From NCBI RefSeq assembly GCF_000007185.1, contig NC_003551.1, positions 540,001-572,000 on the forward strand: a DNA stretch of 32,000 bases, written 5' to 3'. How positions within the stretch are numbered: position 1 is the stretch's first letter; every line of letters starts with the position of its first letter. The notes beneath the pieces were generated by a model. It was not told the origin of the DNA, did not search any database, and saw only the letters and a list, made by a program, of their open reading frames with translations. Positions 26,131 through 32,000 of this stretch are shown here, piece after piece. Made by a program: the position numbers and the translations under genes. This stretch comes from Methanopyrus kandleri AV19. GTDB lineage: Archaea > JAADCQ01 > Methanopyri > Methanopyrales > Methanopyraceae.

Positions 26131-26161
26131 GGAATCGTTATGAATACTGTAACGTTATTCC
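26131..26161. repeat. Dyad site C: GGAATCGTTA-N9-TAACGTTATTCC between tRNA-Ser and the convergent thiL stop
   Basis: CGTTA TGAATACTG TAACG core, plus outer GGAAT/ATTCC pair separated by a 2-nt bulge; starts 5 nt after the CCA. Confidence 0.55.
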
Positions 26162-27084
26162 GACCGGGCCCGTGGGTTCCTGACTATCCTCACACCCTCA
26201 CCCTCCGTCACCCTTCCGATCGTCGTTAGACCGAACTCCTTAACCACGTCCTCCGGGCCGCAGATCAGGAACTCGTAGTCCTCTCCCCCTTCGAGCGCGA
26301 GGTCCACCGGGTCCACGTCGAACTCCTGCGCGACTTCCTCCACGCCTTCGTCCACCGGTACCTTCCACGTGTGGATCTCGATCGCCACCCCGGATCGTCT
26401 CGCGATCGCTTCCGCCTCCGCCAGCAGCCCATCGCTGATGTCCGTGACGGCGGCGCGATAGCCACCCCGCGCGAGCTCCACACCCACCTCCACCGGTGGT
26501 CTCGGTCGTGCGAACCGCTCGTACAACGTTTCCTCTGGTTCCATACCGTTGAGTATGGCCCGCACGAACGCGTTGGGACCGCCCAACGGTCCCGTGACGG
26601 CCACCACGTCACCAGGGCGGGCGTTCGACATCAACAGCGGTTCGCCCTTCAGCTTCCCCAGGCACGTACCCGAGAGGACGAGCTCCTCCCCTTCCACGAC
26701 ATCTCCGCCTATCAGGGACACTCCGAACTCCCGCAGTCCTTCGGATATCCCGAGGACGAGCTGCTCGACGTCCACCTCGTCGTCGAGGCACACGGAGAAC
26801 CCGAAAAAGCTCGGTTCTCCGCCCATAGCGCCGACGTCGCTCACCACCGAAGCCACGAACTTCCAGCCCAGGTCCCGGTCCCTGAGCTCCTTCGGTACGT
26901 GCCTGGATCGGGTCATAGCGTCGAAGTTGACGACGGTTCCGTCCGGGAGGACAGCAGCGTCGTCATCCCCTGCTTTGACTCGTGGTCCCTCGGTGGGACA
27001 CGCCTCCACGATGAGTTCGATCAGTTCTTCCTCCTCCTTCGGCCGCCACGTCCGGGGTGACGGTCTCTTGAAACCGGAGCTCAA
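26155..27084 (-). CDS. thiL: Thiamine-monophosphate kinase ThiL (TTG start proposed)
   Basis: GDDDAAVLPDG, VVSDVGAMGGEPSFFGFSVCL, LIGGDVVEGEELVLSGTCLG, DISDGLLAEAEAIARRSGVAIEI, LEGGEDYEFLICGP. Confidence 0.92.
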   Translation of the reverse strand: MSSGFKRPSPRTWRPKEEEELIELIVEACPTEGPRVKAGDDDAAVLPDGTVVNFDAMTRSRHVPKELRDRDLGWKFVASVVSDVGAMGGEPSFFGFSVCLDDEVDVEQLVLGISEGLREFGVSLIGGDVVEGEELVLSGTCLGKLKGEPLLMSNARPGDVVAVTGPLGGPNAFVRAILNGMEPEETLYERFARPRPPVEVGVELARGGYRAAVTDISDGLLAEAEAIARRSGVAIEIHTWKVPVDEGVEEVAQEFDVDPVDLALEGGEDYEFLICGPEDVVKEFGLTTIGRVTEGEGVRIVRNPRARSE

Positions 27085-27601
27085 GCGCGTCCCCCGCGAA
27101 GAGCTCGAGTCGATCGCGAACGAGATGGCTAGGAAGTTCAACTGCGAACGTGTAGCCTCCGTCGTGAGATCTTTCCACCTCATCAAGCTCGAGGGTAGGT
27201 GGACAGAGTACTTCGTCGTGAACCGGGTTGATTTCGACCCGGCCGATTTGCCCGAGCGCGCGGATCCGTTCTTAGTCGGTCGACCCTTCTGCGAGAGGTC
27301 GGCCCGGGGCGACCTCCGAATTCACGTCGAAGGTGCGCGCGAACTCGCGCGCCGCGTCGATGAAATAAAGACTTACGTGACGGAACGGGCGGCGGTGCTG
27401 TTCACCTACGGTCGAGACGTGCTCCCCGAGAGTATCGTCGAAATCCGGGGTCCGAAGGAGCCCAGACTGGTCGCGGTGGTGTATCGTGACGATCTGGGGG
27501 AGCATTGCGTCGGGGTGGGTCGCCTTCGGTTCTCCGAAGATGGTCGTCCCGTGGTGGATAACGTGATCGATCGTGGCTGGTATCTCCGGAGGGGAGGTTG
27601 A
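27068..27601 (+). CDS. PUA-domain-like archaeal protein (NIP7-like)
   Basis: [55 protein letters not shown]; TTG start inferred; start region overlaps divergent thiL. Confidence 0.55.
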   Translation: MKPELKRVPREELESIANEMARKFNCERVASVVRSFHLIKLEGRWTEYFVVNRVDFDPADLPERADPFLVGRPFCERSARGDLRIHVEGARELARRVDEIKTYVTERAAVLFTYGRDVLPESIVEIRGPKEPRLVAVVYRDDLGEHCVGVGRLRFSEDGRPVVDNVIDRGWYLRRGG

Positions 27602-27602
27602 G

Positions 27603-28250
27603 ATGCTGGCCATCAGCATGGACGTGGAGAACGTTCCGGGTGCTCTTAAAGCGATCGCCGGCGTCATCGCGGACCACGGCGGCAACATAGTCCACATCCA
27701 GCAGGACTCCGAGGGTGAGCTGGCCCGTCTGTACATGGAGATCGAAGGCGTGGAGCGGCCCAAAGTACTCGTCTCCGAGCTGAGATCACTGGACGTCGTC
27801 CGAGAGGTCCGCGTGCTGAGGCCTTTAAAGGAGATATACGGTAAGCGCGTGATCGTGATGGGAGGGGGCGCCCAGGTCGCCGAAGTCGCCCGGGGCGCGA
27901 TCACCGAGGCGGACCGTCATAACATCCGCGGTGAACGCATCAGCGTGGATACTATTCCGCTAGTCGGTGAGGAGAACCTGGCGGAAGCCGTTCGGGCCGT
28001 AGCCCGCCTGCCCAGGGTAGGAATCCTAGTTCTCGCGGGGTCTTTGATGGGAGGGAAGATCGCGGAGGCCGTTCAAGAGCTCCGCGAGGAACACGGGATA
28101 CCTGTGATATCCCTGAACATGGCCGGGAGCGTTCCCGAGGTCGCGGACCTCGTGGTGACGGACCCCGTTCAGGCTGGCGTTATGGCCGTCATGGCTATCT
28201 CTGACGCCGGAGTCTTCGACCTTTCCAGGGTTCGAGGTAGGAAGTTCTGA
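27603..28250 (+). CDS. ACT-domain-containing archaeal protein (DUF5612-like)
   Basis: [38 protein letters not shown] domain, then [55 protein letters not shown]. Confidence 0.75.
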   Translation: MLAISMDVENVPGALKAIAGVIADHGGNIVHIQQDSEGELARLYMEIEGVERPKVLVSELRSLDVVREVRVLRPLKEIYGKRVIVMGGGAQVAEVARGAITEADRHNIRGERISVDTIPLVGEENLAEAVRAVARLPRVGILVLAGSLMGGKIAEAVQELREEHGIPVISLNMAGSVPEVADLVVTDPVQAGVMAVMAISDAGVFDLSRVRGRKF

Positions 28251-28263
28251 TGGGGGTGCTTCC

Positions 28264-28827
28264 ATGCTCCTCGAGAAGTCCTTGGAGGAGGCACCTGTGG
28301 TGAACCGTAACGGGTACTGGTACTTCATTCACCCTATTACGGACGGTGTCCCGGAGCTCCCGCCCGAGTTACTCCGTGAAGTCGCGTACAGGATCGTCCG
28401 CGCCTTAGACAGCACGGACTTCGATAAGATCGTGTGTGTAGAGGCCATGGGGATCCACCTGGGAGCCCTCCTATCAGACATGCTGGATCGTCCGTTGGTC
28501 ATAGTCAGGAAACGGGAGTACGGGTTGGACGGCGAGGTGGAGATTACCCAGGAGAAAGGGTACGGTGTGGAGAAGCTGTACCTGAACGGCGTGTCCGAAG
28601 GGGACAGAGTCGTGGTCGTGGACGACGTGATCAGCACGGGTGGGACCCTCGTCGGGTTGATCAACGCCCTCGACGACGTCGGGGCCGAGATCGAGGACGT
28701 GGTGGTCGTGGTGGCCAGGGGAGGCCTCGATAGGGTCAGGGAGGAAACCGGGGTCGACGTCAAGTACTTGGTCCGAGTGGAGGTGTCGGAGGATGGTGTG
28801 AGCGTCGTCGAGTCGCGCTATCGCTGA
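28264..28827 (+). CDS. hpt: Hypoxanthine/guanine phosphoribosyltransferase
   Basis: FDKIVCVEAMGIHLGALLSDMLDRPLVIVRKREYGL; PRPP motif VVVVDDVISTGGTLVGLINAL. Confidence 0.88.
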   Translation: MLLEKSLEEAPVVNRNGYWYFIHPITDGVPELPPELLREVAYRIVRALDSTDFDKIVCVEAMGIHLGALLSDMLDRPLVIVRKREYGLDGEVEITQEKGYGVEKLYLNGVSEGDRVVVVDDVISTGGTLVGLINALDDVGAEIEDVVVVVARGGLDRVREETGVDVKYLVRVEVSEDGVSVVESRYR

Positions 28828-29825
28828 TCTTTGAGAACGCGGATCCACTCCCCTTCCGCCTCCCTGGAGCTTCCGACGATCGCTATCAGTTCCCCCGAGT
28901 TCCTCTCCCGCTCGAGCTTTCCGGAGACCTCGATCACCTCACCCTCGAACGCCTGACCCACGTAGGTGTGCGTGTAACTCCTCACCTCGGTCACTTCGTA
29001 CCCTTCCTCGGTGTCCGATTCCACCGCTTCGACCCTCCATCGCGCGGGATAGTCGAACGCCAACGAATCGTCGAGGACCTCGCAGACCAGTCGGACGTTC
29101 TCTTCGACGGTCTCGAACTCTTCCCACCGGACGTCGGAGAGTTCCGATTCGTCGCGTACGAGCAGCACGTCACACACTCGATCACCGATGACCACCCTGT
29201 TCCCCTTACGCAGCTCGTGCCGTAGGAACTCCTCGAAGTCCAGCTCGGGGGATCTCCTCCGATAGACGCGCTCCCATTGATCGTAGTCCAGCGCCCTCAG
29301 AAGATCTCGACCCTCGCCGGTCTCCTGAATCCGTAGGATCGCATCACGTACCGCGAGGAACTCCTGAACACCGTAGACGACCAAATCCAGGTCCGATTCG
29401 GCCGGATCGTGGAGCTCGGGGAGTAGCGATCCCGTGACTCCGAACCGGGACTCCGGTACCCCGGAGTCCTCGGCGAGTTCCAGCACGGCCCTCGCGGCCA
29501 TCTCTTCCAGGTCGTCCCTGGGCTCCTCCAAGATCCTCTCCATACGATCCCTCGGGTGTAAGTGCTCCACTACGTCCTCCGGTGGCACCACCTGATCGTA
29601 GAAGTCCCCTCGGACCTTCCTGACATACTCCGGATGTCGCTCCCTGAGGATCTCGAACGATTCCTCGAAACTCACTTTACGGTACCTCTCACCAGTGGGT
29701 CGACGAATCCTGTCGCCTTCTGGATCCTTCACGTACCGCATCAGCGCCAGGAAACCGTCCTCCGGATGGACGTAGGATATCACCGAGAACACGGCATCCT
29801 CCGTCACGAGGAAGTCGCGCAGCAT
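28818..29825 (-). CDS. Predicted nucleotidyltransferase (COG2413-like)
   Basis: FGVTGSLLPELHDPAESDLDLVVYG NTase motif; ATG (MLRDFLVTEDAVFSVISYVHPEDG) at 29825; convergent overlap with hpt by 10 nt. Confidence 0.75.
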   Translation of the reverse strand: MLRDFLVTEDAVFSVISYVHPEDGFLALMRYVKDPEGDRIRRPTGERYRKVSFEESFEILRERHPEYVRKVRGDFYDQVVPPEDVVEHLHPRDRMERILEEPRDDLEEMAARAVLELAEDSGVPESRFGVTGSLLPELHDPAESDLDLVVYGVQEFLAVRDAILRIQETGEGRDLLRALDYDQWERVYRRRSPELDFEEFLRHELRKGNRVVIGDRVCDVLLVRDESELSDVRWEEFETVEENVRLVCEVLDDSLAFDYPARWRVEAVESDTEEGYEVTEVRSYTHTYVGQAFEGEVIEVSGKLERERNSGELIAIVGSSREAEGEWIRVLKDQR

Positions 29826-29883
29826 CGGGTACAAGGGGGCCACCCCGCTGATCGAGGAGCGTGTTGAAGGCGCGGAGCTGCGA

Positions 29884-30273
29884 GTGGTCAGGTTGGAACC
29901 CGGCGAACGGTTCCCGGAGAGCGTGGACACGAGCAGATGGCGGAACTCCGTCGTGGTTTCCGGTAAGGGGAGCGTCCGCGCGCTCCGGTGGAGGTTGGGG
30001 GACACTCCAGTCTTCGAGACCCGCGGGAAGTTCGAGCTGATCTCACTGGAAGGCCTGCTGTTCGACGACGGTTCCTATCACCTGCACGCGTCGGTATCGG
30101 ACGAGAACGGGCACACGCTATCGGGGCACGTCAAGGGGTTCGAGGTTTACACCACCGTGGAGTTGGTGCTGCTCCGGTTGAACGCACGCCTCGAGCGTGG
30201 ACGTGACCCTCACACCGGGTACAGGGAACTTACCCGCGTTATTCCGTCAGCACGCGACACCCGCGCTCGGTGA
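29884..30273 (+). CDS. PCC/DUF296 (PD1-like) domain protein, putative DNA-binding
   Basis: MVRLEPGERFPESV, GKGSVRALRWRLGD, ELISLEGLLFDDGSYHLHASVSDENGHTLSGHVKGFEVYTTVELVLLRL. Confidence 0.8.
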   Translation: MVRLEPGERFPESVDTSRWRNSVVVSGKGSVRALRWRLGDTPVFETRGKFELISLEGLLFDDGSYHLHASVSDENGHTLSGHVKGFEVYTTVELVLLRLNARLERGRDPHTGYRELTRVIPSARDTRAR

Positions 30274-31111
30274 CCACTACCGTATGCTCCCACTGGGCCA
30301 CCGGTTCCCCGTTCACCTCGACGAGCTCGGGGTAAGCCTTCACGGCTCCCAGCTTACTAAGTCTCAGCAGTTCGAACTTCACCCTCGGAGCCTTCCCCAC
30401 CCAACGTCGGGCGAAAGGCAGTGACTTCCGGTCCTCGTAGATCCGGTGCAGGTTCAGGCGGGATCGTTGATTAGGGTTCCGCACTGAGAAAATCTCGACG
30501 GTCGAGCCGGGTTTCACGTCTCCCTCTCCGTCCTCAGTGGTTACGAACGGTTCGACTGCCAGTACCATTCCCTCCTCGAGCTTGTCTTCGTACCCTGGTA
30601 GGTCGTCGTTGGGGATCGAAACGCCGGCGTGTAGGTTCCACGGTTCGATCTGATGTCCTGTGAGTCCGATAACCGGCTTGAAACCGCGATCTCGACACAC
30701 CTCACCGATGGCCCTCCCGACCTCGCGACACTCGACGCCCGGTCGGATCGTCTCTATGGCCGCTTCGAGGGCCTCGCGGGCGGCCTCCGCCAATCGCTCC
30801 CCTAAGTCGTTGTCGAAGGACAGCGTGATCGCCGCGTCCCCGATGGCGCCGTTAACGTGAGCGCCTATGTCGACCTTCAGGATGTCCCCGGGCGATACCT
30901 CGACCTCGTCGTCCGGGCTCGGCGTGTAATGAGCAGCCACCTCGTTCAGCGATAGGTTTACCGGAAACGCCGGTTCTGCCCCTTGATCCCTCACGCACTC
31001 CTCGAGGTATTCGGCTATTTCCAGCAGTCGGTCTCCGATGTCGATCTCCCGGGCAGCCCTACGGAGGACCCTTTTGACCACCTTTCCGGCTTCCTGGAAC
31101 TCATCGTCCAC
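30239..31111 (-). CDS. map: Methionine aminopeptidase, type II
   Basis: GAEPAFPVNLSLNEVAAHYTPSPDDE, LKVDIGAHVNGAIGDAAITL, LTGHQIEPWNLHAGVSIPN, EEGMVLAVEPFVTTEDG. Confidence 0.95.
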   Translation of the reverse strand: MDDEFQEAGKVVKRVLRRAAREIDIGDRLLEIAEYLEECVRDQGAEPAFPVNLSLNEVAAHYTPSPDDEVEVSPGDILKVDIGAHVNGAIGDAAITLSFDNDLGERLAEAAREALEAAIETIRPGVECREVGRAIGEVCRDRGFKPVIGLTGHQIEPWNLHAGVSIPNDDLPGYEDKLEEGMVLAVEPFVTTEDGEGDVKPGSTVEIFSVRNPNQRSRLNLHRIYEDRKSLPFARRWVGKAPRVKFELLRLSKLGAVKAYPELVEVNGEPVAQWEHTVVVTERGCRVLTE

Positions 31112-31137
31112 GTCCGGTCCCCCGGGGGAGACGCTCC

Positions 31138-31800
31138 GTGGAAACGGTTAGAATATCCGTGCTGGACGTAGTGCGACGCATCGCGGACGTCGCGGCCCTA
31201 AGCGTTTTCGAGGTGATCAGGGACGGCCCCCTCGACGTACTCGGATGCACGGTGTTCAACATCGAGCTCGCGCGACGACTAGTAAACAAAGGCTTGGACG
31301 TCCGGCTGGTCTCTTCAGAAGTGGGCGGTCCGAAGGGCTTGCCCGTGGTCGAGGAGCCCGCGTCCGATACGCTGCTGGTGACAGAACCGCTGACGTTTTA
31401 CTCCGAATACCACCTGCTTCGGTCTCACGCTCTCGTTCTCATGTTCAGGTACGGGAACCCTGGATTCAAAGAGTGCTTGCGGGGTCTGGATTGTACGATG
31501 TTGCTACCCGAGATCGAGGGGCGACCTCTACCGGATCTTCACACGGCGTTCGTGGCGGTGCTTCAGGAGGCTGTGACATCTGCCTCTGAGGGACATCACG
31601 TCGTAGGGCTCCGCGTCTCCGACACTTCGGATTACTTCATACCTAACTCAGATCCGGCGGAGGTGAAGCGACGCGATGACGCGATCGTGGTGAGGGCCAT
31701 ACCTCCCTACCGGCTGAGGGAAGGTAGGGTTTGGGAAGCCGTAGCTCGGGCGGTCGATCAGGTACGATTCAGGAGGGTGTCCCGGTGCTTCCAAAAGTAG
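31138..31800 (+). CDS. Hypothetical protein
   Basis: 220-aa ORF with typical acidic/basic composition; no family recognised. Confidence 0.55.
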   Translation: METVRISVLDVVRRIADVAALSVFEVIRDGPLDVLGCTVFNIELARRLVNKGLDVRLVSSEVGGPKGLPVVEEPASDTLLVTEPLTFYSEYHLLRSHALVLMFRYGNPGFKECLRGLDCTMLLPEIEGRPLPDLHTAFVAVLQEAVTSASEGHHVVGLRVSDTSDYFIPNSDPAEVKRRDDAIVVRAIPPYRLREGRVWEAVARAVDQVRFRRVSRCFQK

Positions 31801-31970
31801 GCACCCACCCCTCCGAGACAAACCGCGGGGACCAACAGATGGAAAAGATCGCCCAGCAGATCCCGCCCGGCGAGACATGCTAAGAATACCACGGCGAGTG
31901 CTAAACCATCCCCTTCCCCGGGACATATCACGTGAGTTGCGGCTAGGAACACGGCGGCTACGATGCACAC
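31758..31970 (-). CDS. Small membrane protein (70 aa), tentative
   Basis: MCIVAAVFLAATHVICPGEGDGLALAVVFLACLAG...LFHLLVPAVCLGGVGAYFWKHRDTLL; two or three hydrophobic segments and charged C-terminus. Confidence 0.4.
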   Translation of the reverse strand: MCIVAAVFLAATHVICPGEGDGLALAVVFLACLAGRDLLGDLFHLLVPAVCLGGVGAYFWKHRDTLLNRT

Positions 31971-32000
31971 CCACGCGGGGTAAGAGTACGCCGCGGGTGC

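Noticed and set aside
1-32000. CRISPR array
   Set aside because: No regularly spaced direct repeats were seen and there are no cas genes; TnpB alone is not CRISPR.

Overview
The window is 32 kb of GC-rich archaeal methanogen DNA. The tRNAs with C at position 8, methanogenesis marker genes and many lineage-specific orphans strongly suggest Methanopyrus kandleri; this is an inference from sequence features, no database was searched. Recognisable genes: a candidate MCR-activation operon (marker-17-like, NifB-type radical SAM, marker 7), priS-cofC, purP, thiD-thiN, COG2521-like methyltransferase, DUF123/Uri-like protein, GT-C-like membrane protein, trm5, SPOUT-like protein, a NitT/TauT/SsuA-type ABC transporter, a TIM-barrel FMN-enzyme-like protein, a stand-alone TnpB, tRNA-Leu(UAA), a 2TM-RCK potassium channel, tRNA-Ser(UGA), thiL, a PUA-like protein, an ACT-domain protein, a purine phosphoribosyltransferase, a nucleotidyltransferase, a PCC/DUF296 protein and map. 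Main points of interest: (1) a NifB-like enzyme translationally coupled to MCR-activation marker genes with no nitrogenase genes in view; (2) a large secreted repeat protein (about 9969-12933) split into five ORFs by two apparent single-base frameshifts and two in-frame stops, with homologous repeats continuing across the breaks; (3) a recurrent intergenic dyad with a constant 9-nt spacer (AACGTTA-N9-TAACGTT and variants, up to 6 sites), including a 12-nt identical block directly after both tRNAs; (4) both tRNAs with genomic C8, as expected for C-to-U8 editing; (5) a catalytically intact-looking stand-alone TnpB with a possible omega-RNA hairpin; (6) two paralogous orphan proteins with a GxxYGPYY...YLG motif; (7) an AT-rich island upstream of priS.
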